Source: Hormiphora californensis (Eukaryota; Animalia; Ctenophora). Taken from it: DNA of 64,000 nt. Positions within the stretch are counted from its first letter, which is position 1. Every line of letters starts with the position of its first letter. Under the pieces are notes generated by a model. The model was not told where the DNA came from. It worked only from the letters and a program-made list of their open reading frames with translations, and did no database searches. A program made the position numbers and the translations under genes. The stretch is from NCBI GenBank assembly GCA_020137815.1, contig CM035356.1, positions 2,604,001-2,668,000 on the forward strand, written 5' to 3'. Positions 25,743 through 53,204 of this stretch are shown here, piece by piece.

Positions 25743-27339
25743 CAGAAGCTGACAGGACATAAAGCTTGCGTGAGAGTGCCCGAATACAGACCACAAACAG
25801 TTAGAATATCAGAGAAATTTTGTTTGATTTTGGTGTAATTTTGAGCGTGATATTTTAGCTACTATCTTTCATACAGACCACAGACTTTATGACAGGTTGC
25901 AACACCGTTCTGTCGTGCGGCAGAGTTTGGTACGCTATAACCTAGAGCCACACACACACACACACACACAAATGCCATTTATGCCATCTAAATCACCTTT
26001 AGCGCGTGTTTTTGGTATTTAACACTTGTTCTGCGAGCAAAGTTGTTCCTTTTGCACGATTTGCACACTCCTACTAACCTCTACTACGGCTTTTCTACAG
26101 CGATTTGTTCCATTGTGTAAATTTTAATAAAAACTAGCCAAACTAAACCGCAATTGAAGTCAATTGACCCTAATCCACCTTTTTTAAACCCTAAAAACTA
26201 ATTGAGACTCATGAATTTACCATAAAACAAAAATATCCCAAAAATCAATTTTTCTAAAAAAAACACAAGGATTTGTAGCGAAGCAAATTTTCAATTTTTG
26301 ACCAAAAAATTGATTTTGGAAATATTTTGTTTCTTTTTCCGACAGAAACGTTGTACATCATCTTCTTTCGTTCAAAGAATCGATTATCGATGAAAAAATC
26401 ACGTTAAAGTGAGATTTTATACGCTAAATTGAAATATTTGTAAATTTTGGATTTTATCGATTTTGAGCCAAAAAACATGTATGTCGGACTTTGGTTATCG
26501 GAAGAGGCCTTGTTTGGGTATGTATGTGTTAGAAAAGTCATTAAACTATAAAATTAAACCAGTTAAAGTCGTAATATCAACCAATAAGAACAGTTTTTGC
26601 TGATTTGTTAATTTTGTTAATTTTGTTAATTAACGTTAATTAACAAAATCGAAAAAAAGAGGTGATTTATTAACAATTAACATGTCGCCCCCCCCCCCCC
26701 AAAGCAATTGAGGACGAGAAAGCTAAGCCAGGTGACAGGGTGGCAATCAAGTTAAGAACATGAATCATGCTGCCGATCCCAAGGAACCGAAACAAAACCC
26801 CACTACACCACCCTCCACACCTAACTGCAACCACACAACACCTAACACCAAGAGAACCAGAACAGCGGAAAGAGACCTTCCGTCCACTAAGATGGTAACC
26901 GTGGACACTCGCCAGAAACCGAGACTCAGATCGAACTCAACAGCAGTAGACCTGACACCGTTTCGGGGCTTTAATTCGGTGCTGGTACTAAGAGTGGCGC
27001 CCCGGCAATCTCGACAATCTGAGACCACCGTTCGATCTATACCCAGTTGCCCGGAATAAATTGTCGACTAGGGTCCCTCACTGCCTCCCCACTGACTCCA
27101 CTACTCCACATTCCTGTACTCCCACTCCTTAGCCCTCCTGAGCTCCCTACCTCTGAAACCCAGCCTCGCAGCTGCTCTAGTCAGACTATCCGCTACCTGA
27201 CCTCGAGCCCCAACCTCAACAGGCATGTTGAAACACATCCACCCATTAGGTGGCAATTTATAATTATTTCATAAAATTTATACTCGTGGAAGATTCGTCA
27301 AACATAAACACGATTGAACAACACATTCCAACACGTCGA

Positions 27340-28050
27340 CGCCCTCATATCACACCTCCTCAGCGCTTATCCCAAAGGGCCTGCTTGGCGCCGGCTGCTT
27401 CTTCTCTTTTAGCTCAGCCACCAACTTCCCCCTCTCCTCTCTCTCCTCGGGTGAACGGACTGGGGGGATGTACAGATCTTTGTACCTATCACACTTCTTC
27501 AGACTACTCTTGCATGACAGGACAATATCTCGAAATGCTCGGCAAGATTCTCTCGCAAAACTAAGTTTCCCTGGGATCATCGAATACTTACTACTTAGTC
27601 CATGGACAACAACATTGCTAGTCCTGTTCTCTATAGCACTCGTAATTGCTGTACGAATGCGCTGCAGAGCTAGGAAACTTTCACAACCCTTCTTTAGTAC
27701 TGAGGAAAAGGTCTTCTTCAGCAGTAGACTGCACACTGCACAGCAGTAATCTCTCTTCTCGAGCAACTGACACTGAGATTCTACCAAGATTTTTGTGCAG
27801 AAATTAACTCCTCTTGGCCAATAACCTCCTCTCATTCTCTTACCCTTCAATTTACATTTAATTGCTCATTTAATTGCTCAGGCGGTCAAGAACAGGGTAG
27901 CACCTCTCCGACAGCAAATGGAGAGCTTTCTCGGTAAAATCCTCTAGCTCTGGCTTTTTAATACTCTTAATATTGCTCTTGCTAAGGTACTGTAAAGTGT
28001 CCCACAACTACCGCGGCCAGCAGTCAAACTTTAAAAAACATTCCTTCACA
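27340..28050 (-). pseudogene. Degenerate LINE ORF1-like sequence
   Basis: NVVVHGL ... YKDLYIPPVRSPEEREERGKLVAELKEK matches 48373-49458 (NLIVYGL ... YQTVYIAPDRTVEERTERRALVARLRER). The upstream part is disrupted. Confidence 0.65.
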
Positions 28051-28295
28051 CGTACCAGCATGATGAAACATAAACAGCTCCTTCAACAGATCAAATAACT
28101 CCTTGAACTTTACCACAAACACTCCGGTGAACCTTTTATCAGTGTACACGATCAAACCGGTCCTTGAAACTGGCAGCAGAATTTATACTCATAGCCGGTG
28201 AGCCGGGAAGAGATTGCTCTCATAACAAGGGAGATTCACAAGCTTTGTAACTTTGTAACTTTGTAATAGAATTCATATATCAACATATAATGGTG

Positions 28296-31200
28296 TCAGT
28301 CCAATCGAACATCCCCCGCACAAACAGTCCCGCGGGACCATTCCAGAATTGAATTGTTGTTTTGACGGCTGTATCCGGAGACAGGTGGTCTATCCGGAAA
28401 ACGTTTCATCCACTCCCCGAGAAGAACCTTGAAATTCTCTAGCCTTTTTGCTGAATTCACCGTCTTTGGCAGAGTGTTCCATAGCCTTGTTGCCCGCCCA
28501 GCGAACGAGTTTGATTGCTTTGTTGCTATCGAGGTTTGTGTACTCGTGGGTGAGGTAGGAATTTCAGCTCTGATCCCGAGACGGTCGGATGAGTAGAATC
28601 GGATCCCTATATTATTAGGAGCTTCATCATTAGCCATTTTCCACATAAGGATTATGGAGTACCGTTCACGGCGACGCTGCAGTGATTGCAGATGTAGTTT
28701 TTCCAACCGTTCCCAGTAGGTAAACTCGTTTAGTCCCTGGATTTTTCTGGTGAACTTTCTTTGTACATTTTCAAGTGCTTGGATGTCTGAAATTTTAGGC
28801 GAGTCCCAGAGTGCACAACAGTATTCGAGTTTACTCCGTATGAGCGTTTTGTACAAGATGAGCATTGTTTTCCTGTCACGAGTTTTGAAAGCACGCAATG
28901 CCCAACCACTCATTTTTCTTGCTTCCTCTGCCATTTTCCCCACTTGTTTATCCCAGGATAAATCATTGGAAATCATGACTCCAAGATCACGTACACATCG
29001 TTTTGGGATTATCTCCAGACCCTCTGGTGTATGGTAGGTCTTCAGATCCGTGACGAAAGGTAACTGTTGTAGGAGGGAGGTTTGGTTCAAACAGTAATGC
29101 AAAACCTCGAACTTTTCTTCGTTTAAGGCCATGTTATTGATTTTTGACCAGTTTCCCACTTCCAGGAGATCTCTTTGCAACTCTTGGTGAGATGTTTCTG
29201 ACGCAATCCCTTTTATCAGCTTTGTATCATCAGCCAATGTTTTAGTGACCGAGAATTTGACGGCACTGTTGAGATCAGCAACGTAGACAATGAACAGGAT
29301 CGGACCAAGAACTGTTCCTTGTGGAACTCCGCTCAGCACTTTTTCCCAGGTTGATTTTGCTCCGTCAACTACTACTGTTTGAAAACGGTCAGATAAGAAG
29401 CATTTTATCCAATTGAGTACTTTTCCTTTGACTCCGTAGGCCTCTAATTTTGCGAGAAGAAGTTTTATATCTACCCGGTCAAAGGCCTTTGAGTAATCAA
29501 GGTATAACACATCTACCTCGTTACCTTTTTGGAGTTCCTCAATGATGGCGTCAACGTGTTCTATCAGCTGGGTAAGGCAACTTCTCTTCTTCCGGAACCC
29601 ATGTTGAGTTTCTGGGAAGACATTGTTCTCTTCCAGAAATTGCACTATCTGGTTTCTCATCACTCTTTCAAAGGTTTTGATTATGTTCGAAGTTAGAGAC
29701 ACCGGGCGGTAGTTAGCAGGATTCGTCCTATCACCTTTTTTGAAGAGAGGTACTATATGTTGGTTTTTGAGTGTTGCCGGGATAGTTCCTCCATCAAGTG
29801 ATCGCCTCCATAGTAGCCAAAGCGGATAAGATAACTGGGCTCTACATTCGTACAAAATTCGAGCAGGTATGTTACCATCAGGAGCAGCTCCATAGGGGTT
29901 TATTTCGCCAAGTGCTTTTTTCACATCTTCTGGTGTGAATTCGAAGTCCTCAAGGGTAGAACTCGAATCATGATTGATATATGCCTGGCTGGCTTCCATA
30001 TTCGCATCTTCAGGATTACTAAAAACTCGTAGATACTGTTGTTGTAGTATTTGTGCCTTTTCACCACTCTGCGTTTGTAGTTCACCGTCTGTTCCCCTGA
30101 GAGGTGCTATGGTAGTTTTTGTTTTTGATAGCTTCTTTGCATATGAGAAGAAGTAGCGAGGATTCTCCTTAATAGCTTCCACTGCTTTAACTTCACCTTT
30201 GGCTTGATGTTCTATCAGCGTGGTCTTCATTCGGTCCTCAATTGATACAAGCTCCTCACACAGTGCAACCCTCTGCTCAAAGCTTATCTCCTTGTTATCA
30301 TCCTGTAGGCGTGTTCTTATTTTTCTCGCTCTTCTTTTGAACTTCTCCTTGATCTTTGTCTCGCTCGCCTTACAACAATCTTTCTTCACAGGTAGGGTCT
30401 CCTCTGCAATCTCCAGTACTACCTGAAGTAAACCATCTTTAAACTTTTCGCCCGTTGTATCTCCAGCTTCAATGCTCATCTTTTCGAGCTTGTCCCAGTC
30501 AATCTCACAAAGCCTGGTTTTCATTGGCAAGTAATCAGATCGGTGAATCCTGTATCTTCGAAAAGGATCTGTTTCTTCTTTAACTTGGATTTTTGGTTGT
30601 ACAGGATTGTAGACCAGTTCACATTCTACAACTTTGTGGTCCGATATTTTGGTTTCGGCAGTTACCACTCGAGTGAAATACTCCGGGGTGTTGGTTAACA
30701 CAATATCAAGGATGTTTTCTCCCCGGGTTGCATTATCGTTCATCTGGGTAAAGAAATTTTCGTTTATCAGGTCCAGTGTTTTGTGGTAAGGCCCTTCAAC
30801 CTTTCCAGTTGATTCAGAAAATCGCATCGTTTCCCAGTCCATGTTAGGGAGGTTGAAATCACCCATCAAGATGACCTCTGGTACTTGCTTTGTTCCTTCA
30901 GTAATAGAGTCAATTTCAGCTTGTAGATGATTCATCGCATCAGAGAAGGAGCTGTGTGCTGCATCGGGGGGACGGTACAGGCAGGCCATAAGTAAATTTT
31001 GCTCTTCGGCGTATGCCACTGCTACACTGGTTTGGTTGTCACTCCATGATGACTCTTTAGTAATCGTCACAGCTTCATTAACATAAAGAAGACAGCCTCC
31101 ACCTACTTTTATTTTCCTATCTGATCTGACAAAGTTATAACCAGGTACAGATATCTGAGCATTGGAGATATACGATTTCAGCCAGGTTTCTGTTATTCCA

Positions 31201-31514
31201 ACTGCGACGGTGGGCGGTTCCCCTGCGGACGGGGACATAAACATCTCACGGATGTAAGGTAGCTTCCATTTTGTTTCACCGCCTGCAGCTGGGGAAATTG
31301 ATCTACAATTGATTAGAAAGATCTTTGAGAAGGGTGGAGTAACCCTTGTGTCATGCCCATTCCCAATGGTAGCTTTAGTGGGTCCATGTTTATCCCGAGT
31401 CCAGGTGAGCCTTGAAGTCCCACCATTGACAGGGATCTGGCGAGAAGTTGGATACTCTGGGCCTGGTCCAGGAAACCTTGTCTCATTTCCTTGACCAGGG
31501 TTTTGTAAAAATCC
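28296..31514 (-). CDS. LINE ORF2: apurinic endonuclease + reverse transcriptase
   Basis: EN motifs INCRSI, ITETWL, YRPP, MGDFN and SDH. RT motifs NYRPVSL, QHGFR, LDYSKAFD, GVPQGTVLGP and LADD. The start is uncertain because no ATG lies near the EN domain. Confidence 0.9.
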   Translation of the reverse strand, partial: GFLQNPGQGNETRFPGPGPEYPTSRQIPVNGGTSRLTWTRDKHGPTKATIGNGHDTRVTPPFSKIFLINCRSISPAAGGETKWKLPYIREMFMSPSAGEPPTVAVGITETWLKSYISNAQISVPGYNFVRSDRKIKVGGGCLLYVNEAVTITKESSWSDNQTSVAVAYAEEQNLLMACLYRPPDAAHSSFSDAMNHLQAEIDSITEGTKQVPEVILMGDFNLPNMDWETMRFSESTGKVEGPYHKTLDLINENFFTQMNDNATRGENILDIVLTNTPEYFTRVVTAETKISDHKVVECELVYNPVQPKIQVKEETDPFRRYRIHRSDYLPMKTRLCEIDWDKLEKMSIEAGDTTGEKFKDGLLQVVLEIAEETLPVKKDCCKASETKIKEKFKRRARKIRTRLQDDNKEISFEQRVALCEELVSIEDRMKTTLIEHQAKGEVKAVEAIKENPRYFFSYAKKLSKTKTTIAPLRGTDGELQTQSGEKAQILQQQYLRVFSNPEDANMEASQAYINHDSSSTLEDFEFTPEDVKKALGEINPYGAAPDGNIPARILYECRAQLSYPLWLLWRRSLDGGTIPATLKNQHIVPLFKKGDRTNPANYRPVSLTSNIIKTFERVMRNQIVQFLEENNVFPETQHGFRKKRSCLTQLIEHVDAIIEELQKGNEVDVLYLDYSKAFDRVDIKLLLAKLEAYGVKGKVLNWIKCFLSDRFQTVVVDGAKSTWEKVLSGVPQGTVLGPILFIVYVADLNSAVKFSVTKTLADDTKLIKGIASETSHQELQRDLLEVGNWSKINNMALNEEKFEVLHYCLNQTSLLQQLPFVTDLKTYHTPEGLEIIPKRCVRDLGVMISNDLSWDKQVGKMAEEARKMSGWALRAFKTRDRKTMLILYKTLIRSKLEYCCALWDSPKISDIQALENVQRKFTRKIQGLNEFTYWERLEKLHLQSLQRRRERYSIILMWKMANDEAPNNIGIRFYSSDRLGIRAEIPTSPTSTQTSIATKQSNSFAGRATRLWNTLPKTVNSAKRLENFKVLLGEWMKRFPDRPPVSGYSRQNNNSILEWSRGTVCAGDVRLD

Positions 31515-32842
31515 TGCTGTGAGTCTTGGTTTTCCTGAGCTGCTGAAGAAGTAGTGTCCGCATAGGTCGGGGTTTTGACAGCTAGTAGCACCAGTTTTAG
31601 CTGTGTTATGTTGAATTCCTCTCCTGCTTATTTTCTTCCAGCAACACTTTTGGGGTGAATCGGGTTCCAGAGATGTGGAAGAATTTGCAACCTGTAGGGT
31701 TTGGGACATGTTTTATCAGGCGAGGTAGATCCTCTGCACAGTTTAGGGTGTAGGTTCTCGCATCTTGAGCCTGCAGAGCAACCATTTTTTCCATACCCAC
31801 CCCTTCTAAACTTGTTGCAGATTTTAGGGTGTTTGTAGAGACAGATCTTACCTCTAATTCTCCTCTTTCCGTTAGTACCATGTCTGCATCTTCCAAACTG
31901 GACGAAGAATTTACAATTTTCGACTTCCTGATCAGTCGGTTCAGCGGTGGGTTTTCCATCATGAAGATAAGGGCAGGTTTTTCCTTCAACAATTATGTCA
32001 CCTTTTTCTCCGTGCCGGCATTTCCCTTTTTTGTAGTACTTGCACTTTCCCTGGATTTCCTTCCTCTTTGGTTCATTGTCAACCTCTTCGTCTTTCTCAA
32101 CCTCTTCACCGTCTCCTTCGATCTGAGAGTGATATAGAGTGCTGGACGATATGTCTATCTCCCATTCCTCATCATCTTTAATTTCCTCGTCGAGGGTGTT
32201 TTTAGCTTCCTTCTGGTGCTCCGTGTCCTGGGTCGTGTCTTGGGTCGCACCTTTGGGAGGGTTTGAAGCCTTCTCTCCTGTATCAACGTTGGCCATAGTT
32301 ATCATCTTTTTCAGGGACAAGCTGGTCTTGTCGGTACAGGCAAAACACATCCATTTGAATCCCGAAATTTCCTTCACAGCCTCGATAGCTGCTGCACTTT
32401 CCATGAGTTTAGGGCAGTTATGGGAGGGTTTGTAGCAGGTCCAGCAGATGAGAGGAGGAGAGTCATGTAGTTGGGGTTGGTAGGTTGAGTCGCATTCCCG
32501 ACAGAACGCAGGAAATAAGCTCTCCACTTTCAGGATAACGCGGTGAGCGAGTGTGGTTCGGTTTTTATACAGCCTTTTGTTGTCAGGAGTTGTATTTCTC
32601 ACTTTGAACCCAAGGTACTCAGCGGCGCTCTCAATCTCAGACACATCAAGTTTTTTGAAGTTGGTAATGTTGGTTACCGCGGTGGCGCCAAGTTCGTAGG
32701 CTTCAAATGCTTTTTTAGCAAGAGGGTGCGTCGCAGCCGCGTTTGTTACCAGTTTAGATATGACGAAGACACTTGTCAGCTTCTCATTCTTCTTGTATTC
32801 TTGAAGGTTTTTCGAACTCTTCGGATTTTGGGATGCCATCAT
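31313..32842 (-). CDS. LINE ORF1 with a PHD-like finger and four CCCH-type zinc fingers (frameshifted near its 3' end)
   Basis: CRECD..CWTC..HNC..WMCFAC; CKYYKKGKCRHG..CPYLH, CKFFVQFGRC..CLYKH, CNKF..C..CENLH, C..CPNPTGCKFFH (after a 1-nt shift at ~31703). The tail lies in ORF 31313-31591. Confidence 0.75.
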
Positions 32843-34385
32843 TATCGGGTTCACCACACGACTATCGATGTCGGTTATCACTTGGGGTGTTTCTTCACGA
32901 CTATCGATGTCGACTTATCAGAGACTATCGATATCGGGTCTCTCGTCAGATAGGTTGGCTTGTGTTACGGGTTCGTCACCTCCCCCGTAACTTTATTTGC
33001 TAAATGCCATCACCTATCTCAAATTAATTTGTTTAAAGTAGTGTTGAAAAGTTTGAAAGCACAGGAGATATAACTGATAAGAGGCAGCTCATACTCTGAC
33101 AAAATGCGATATGATATGTAGAATCAAAAAAGCCCACGAAGTAGTTCATGGTAGTAAAATTACAGTCGGAAGAGAAAAGCAAAAAAGGAGCGAGAGATGA
33201 GATCGACAACTTGAGTCTTGGCGTGAAATATTTGAAATATCGATTGTTTGCGGAGTGAATGGAGCTGCGCGGCTCTTTCAGGTCCGCGCGCGCCTTGTAT
33301 TTGCGCGCACCATTGTATGCTGAGGTTCCAAATCTCGATACCCTGACTCACTACCTGTGTTCTCGACCTGTGCACTACCTGAACATTTCCGAGTATACTC
33401 CATTTTTTTTCAACTGTTCACCCCCCAAAGTCGTGCGCGGAATTTTTTTGCGCGTTTATCACATGTTAACGTGTAGCGCGCGCCACCCAAATTCTAATTT
33501 TTATTAAATTTCAGTTTTTGGGTGAACAGTTGAAAAAAAATTTGGAATGCGCTGCAGCCCCCTCATGCGCGCACCCCCGCAACGAGGGGACTGAAGGGAA
33601 TGCCGCGCGCGCGTTTGGCCTGAGCTCAGGACGGGCCCGGCTGGGTCGAAGATAACTTTGCGAGCGAAAAAACGGCGGTGCTTATAACTTTGGCCCCTGA
33701 AGTCCGTTTGACTTGATTCTTTCACTAGCTGTTAGATCTGACAATTATCTACCTTGCTGTTTTTGAGAGAAGTAAATTGGACTTCAGGAAGCTGAGCAAT
33801 AGCCGTTCAAAGATTGGTTGTTTTCAAAAAGTGACGTCACAGATCCCTGCAGGGACACTTTGTTTCAAATTTGAATTAAAATCTCGAATTTTTTATTTTA
33901 CCGCACTCGATTTTGCGGAGTTTGGTTCATATCTCCTGTTCCTGATAAGATAGAGACCTGAAACCGGTTGCATTTGAAAGCTGTTATCTTCCTCTTTCCA
34001 ACGCTACCAAAACGATTTTTGTACCTTAACTGGAACCGGAGATATGATTGATTATGTATTCCCCCCCTAGCGCGGTATTCCCTCCAGGCCCCTTATATTA
34101 TATTATAAGGGGCCTGCAACGTATGCCAAAAAAAAATGGACTTTATGCTCATTTTTTTAACGATTTTTAAAATCGAATTTTTTAGCGCGCGATTTTTCAA
34201 ATCGGAAGATTCAATATGCATTGCATTAAACGTAACGCGCCAAGTTATTAAAGTTATCATTGCAAAAGTACGCCGCGCAAGGAAAAATAAATATGTTGAA
34301 AAAAAGTGTCCAAAACTTTGAAATATTTTTACCACGCTTTCTGTCTTTTGTTACGGTTCATTTTCTAACGCTGTCAGTAAGTGAC

Positions 34386-34757
34386 ATGAGCTCTGTCGAC
34401 ACGAAACCAGAAATCAAACTAAGTGAAGTCACTCAGTTTTTACCAGAAATCTATAAAATAATCGAATTACTTAACTCTACGAACGACACAGCAGTCGTGA
34501 ACAAAGCGGTAAGTTATAAATGAAATGTGAACCTTTTGTTCACAGTTCAGGGCACCACCTTTAATTCTATTATCTTATAGGTGGACCAACTGACAGCGCA
34601 ATTTAAAGAAGCAAACAAGGCGATATCTGAGCTTTCATTAGAAACAACAGACCAGTTGAAAGAGAAGTTGTCAGCGTACAAAGCTGCCAATAAAGAACAG
34701 AAGTTGCTGCTTGAGGAGTATAGACAACTCCCAGTGTTTACCGATCAGTCCTCGTGA
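34386..34757 (+). CDS. MED9: Mediator complex subunit 9-like protein (99 aa, 2 exons)
   Basis: Exons 34386-34508 and 34581-34757: FLPEIYKIIELL..VDQLTAQFKEANKAISEL..QKLLLEEYRQLPVF resembles the Med9 pattern FLP..H.II...KFQ..R..I...KNELLQKYK.L.MF. Confidence 0.7.
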
Positions 34758-36033
34758 TGACTTCTTTCTCTCTAGTGGGGCAAGATATTACAGAGTTCAC
34801 TGATCCGCCATCCAACGCCTCGCAGATCCGCCATCTTGACCTGAGTTACAACCTGATAGAAAAGGTAATCATTCTTACTAATTCATCTTTTGTACTCTAA
34901 GTTAAGTGTGAATTTTAATTTCTATGACACGCACTTCCCACAACAGGCCGATGGTATAAAGCGTTTTGTTGGTCTTCGAGAGCTTATTCTGGACAATAAC
35001 AATCTGTCCCACCTGGACCTTCCCCTCCTTCCCTTTCTTCAAACACTTTCATTGAACAAAAACAAAATCCACGATCTGTCAGCCCTTTTGGAGGAACTGA
35101 GGAAACGTGCACCTCATTTACAGTACTTGAGCATGTTAGGTTAGTGATCTGGCATTGAGTGGAGATTTGTTACTAAAAGTTAATTAGTCGGGCGAAAAAA
35201 CACCTCTTGATTTTGAGTTCTTTTTCTCGGATTGTTCTTTTTTGCCAAACACACAATAACGTACAACTCCGTTTGTGTGAGCGGTTTTGGCTATTTGGGT
35301 GATCAGAGAATGTTCGCCCCACTGACATGTAATCACTCACTCACCAGTATATATTTGGCTAGACAAATTCTCATTCTTCTTTCTAGATGTTCCCCACTCT
35401 CCCATCGTATACTTTACACGCTGACAAATGAACTAACATAACACATAAAATCAGATCACGAACCCTCCTCACATAACAACAACTGCACACAGGTAACCTT
35501 GTTCTACCCTCACATAACAACAACTGTATGCAGGTAACCAGGCGTGCCCGAATGAGCTGGTAGCAGGGGATGAAGATGACTATCAGAACTACAGGTTTAC
35601 TGTTATCAGGGCCCTTCCTGAACTGAAGTGAGTTGTTTTACACTTCCATTATCATTCCATTATATGATGGGTGTGTGTAACTTATTCAATGTGGATAATG
35701 CAGTTATTTCCTCCTCTATCTACTCCTGCGAGAAATTCACACTGATGATAATCGTCTAGACATTGACTCCTGATATTCCCCAGGTTCCTGGACTCCAGAC
35801 CAGTTCTGCAAAGTGAGCGGCAGAAAGCGGAGCAGCACCATACTTCCTTCATCATGTCCCTCCACAAGGAGACAATCTGTAGCACCAGCCCAGATCCGTA
35901 TTACCCGGTGACACCCCTCCCTGGGGAGGAACCTGAGATGGGGCCACGAGGGGCGGGCCTCTTTAAACGTAGGCAAACTTACCAGGGCAGGAACAGCCAG
36001 GGAAACAAGTTTATTGGAGATGGGGATTTGTGA
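34757..36033 (+). CDS. LRMDA: Leucine-rich melanocyte differentiation-associated protein (C10orf11) homolog, 4 exons
   Basis: Exons 34757-34864, 34947-35139, 35534-35627 and 35784-36033: LDLSYN, LRELILDNN, LQTLSLNKNKI, YLSMLGNQACPNELV, DEDDYQNYR, LKFLD, C-terminal YQGRNSQGNKFIGDGDL. Confidence 0.88.
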
Positions 36034-36387
36034 AGCAACTGTGTAAACTGTATCTCTATTTCAGGGTTTTCAGTTTTGGTGTCTCTCTGTTCGGGATGAT
36101 GATTGATCCTTGATGCTCCAAATCAATTACAAGATGTGATCTGAACTATGATTTTATATGTGTGTGTGTCAGATATGTGTGAGACAATTTACCAACCGTG
36201 GTGTGCGGTTCAATATATGTTTATGTATTTTATGTGTTTCCTTGCGATAACAACATTAATTTTATCTTCCCGCGATACCCGAATTCTATTCAACTGCCCC
36301 GGTTCATTAATAATGCCCATGTTTTCTTTGGACGCGGTTTCCCCTGCTTTGCTCGAACCTGTCTCACCGCCCCCTGGGTTTACTCGT

Positions 36388-36642
36388 ACTACAATATAAA
36401 ATTCCCCTCTTATAGCGGGTACAGCTGGTACAGCGGGTACAGCTGGTATATAACACCCCTCATTCCCCTCTTAGAGCGGGTGCTGTCATGACTACAATAT
36501 AACACCCCTCATTCCCCTCTTAGAGCGGGTGCTGTCATGACTACAATATAACACCCCTCATTCCCCTCTTATAGCGGGTGCTGTCATGACTACAATATAA
36601 CACCCCTCATTCCCCTCTTATAGCGGGTGCTGTGATGACTAG
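36388..36642. repeat. 49-bp tandem minisatellite, ~4-5 copies
   Basis: tacaatataacacccctcattcccctctta(g/t)agcgggtgctgtcatgac repeated head to tail. Confidence 0.85.
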
Positions 36643-37813
36643 TAGCCAGCACCAGTTCCCTGATGATGAAATGTACAGCTCTAATGGTGAGTCATGGGGC
36701 GGTGAGTCACGTGACTTGGTGTTTTAGGAGAATGGTGAGTCATGGGGGTGTTATAGCATCTCAGTTAGGTGACTGGGTCTGCGTGTTGAGTAGTTGGGTG
36801 AATGAGGGGTGTTATTATTATAGTGGGTGATCGGGATTACAAGAATGTATTAGGAGAACGGGGCGTTGGTTTGGGGATGAGTGGGTAGTAGTAGAGTGGT
36901 AAATTGCTATCAATTATCTTTAGTGGGTAGAGAGGGGCGTTGGTAAAACTTGAGAGTGGCAGTTCTCGGTAATACTTCAGAGATTGGGACGTGGGGGGGG
37001 GGGGGGTCGAGTTTCAATTGTTTGTTTAATGGCTTATAGGAAGCTGGTAACTAGCTGGTATGTGGACCTATTCACTGTTTTCTCAGAAAGGGCGTGAAGT
37101 TTCTAATGTTTACGAAATCAATAAGCAATAAGTAATTAACATGACCATGGCTACTAGGAATGGAATATTTTTCGCAGACTAGGACACTCAGATAATCATA
37201 TTTAGGACCGGTCCCTAACTCAGCAGCTGACCACATGGCCTATAGTGATCCTGTAAACTCAATTTGACATAATATGTATGTTCTATTCGATATGCTCGAC
37301 CTGAGTCCTCTCGAGAGCGGCTGAGAGAGTGTTGGTTTGTTCCAGTGTGTACAGTACGTCACACCGAAGAGATATATTGCTTGTGATATTTATCTAATAT
37401 TCTCAAGCCGCCTTCCCGCATAAAGTCGTTCTCTTTCTAAATAAACTTAAAGGAAGGCCAATTGACAGGAGTCTGGAGTTAAAACAACAAACTAGTTCGA
37501 TGAAATGAACAAATAAAAGACTTCATGTTTAGTAGTTAGTTGGTTGGTTGGTATGAGCGGCTGGTGATTATGTTTAGTAGTGGGTTAGACAATATTAATA
37601 TGTGTATAAGTCGCAACTCGCCCCCACATGGAACCCATGTAATACTTGATGTATACTACACACACTACGCGTGTGTTCTCTTTCTATCGTTATAACTCTC
37701 TTTCACTCCCCACAGATCTCTAGTTATAACCCTCTCTCCCTCCCTCCCACAGGCAGTAGATCATAACCCTCTCCCTCCCACAGATTTCTAGATTATAACC
37801 CTCTCTCCCTCCC

Positions 37814-53204
<15,391 letters not shown>

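Larger units (their letters stand above)
24281..26700. mobile_element. Non-autonomous element with poly-G/poly-C termini and TGTTAA subterminal repeats, containing internal cargo
   Basis: GGGGGGTGCGACATGTTAAT ... ATTAACATGTCGCCCCC. Same family as 60300-62092. No target duplication seen here. Confidence 0.65.
28243..33100 (-). mobile_element. Near full-length CR1-group LINE (ORF1 + APE-RT ORF2) with a (TTACAAAG)n 3' tail
   Basis: Two ORFs, tail read as ctttgtaa x3 at 28243-28266, and a 5' UTR with a TTATCAGTT motif near 33072-33080. Confidence 0.9.

Noticed and set aside
31515-31709. ORF2 start at ATG 31709 as given by the ORF track
   Set aside because: This ATG lies inside the last ORF1 zinc finger in a region with apparent indels, so it is unlikely to be the true start.
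33160-34335. Short ORFs and GC-rich patches between the LINE and MED9
   Set aside because: No recognisable protein motifs; probably transposon remnants whose ends I could not define.
36388-36642. Regular repeats resembling a CRISPR array (also 25585-25742)
   Set aside because: These are head-to-tail minisatellites without unique spacers, there are no cas genes, and the context is eukaryotic.
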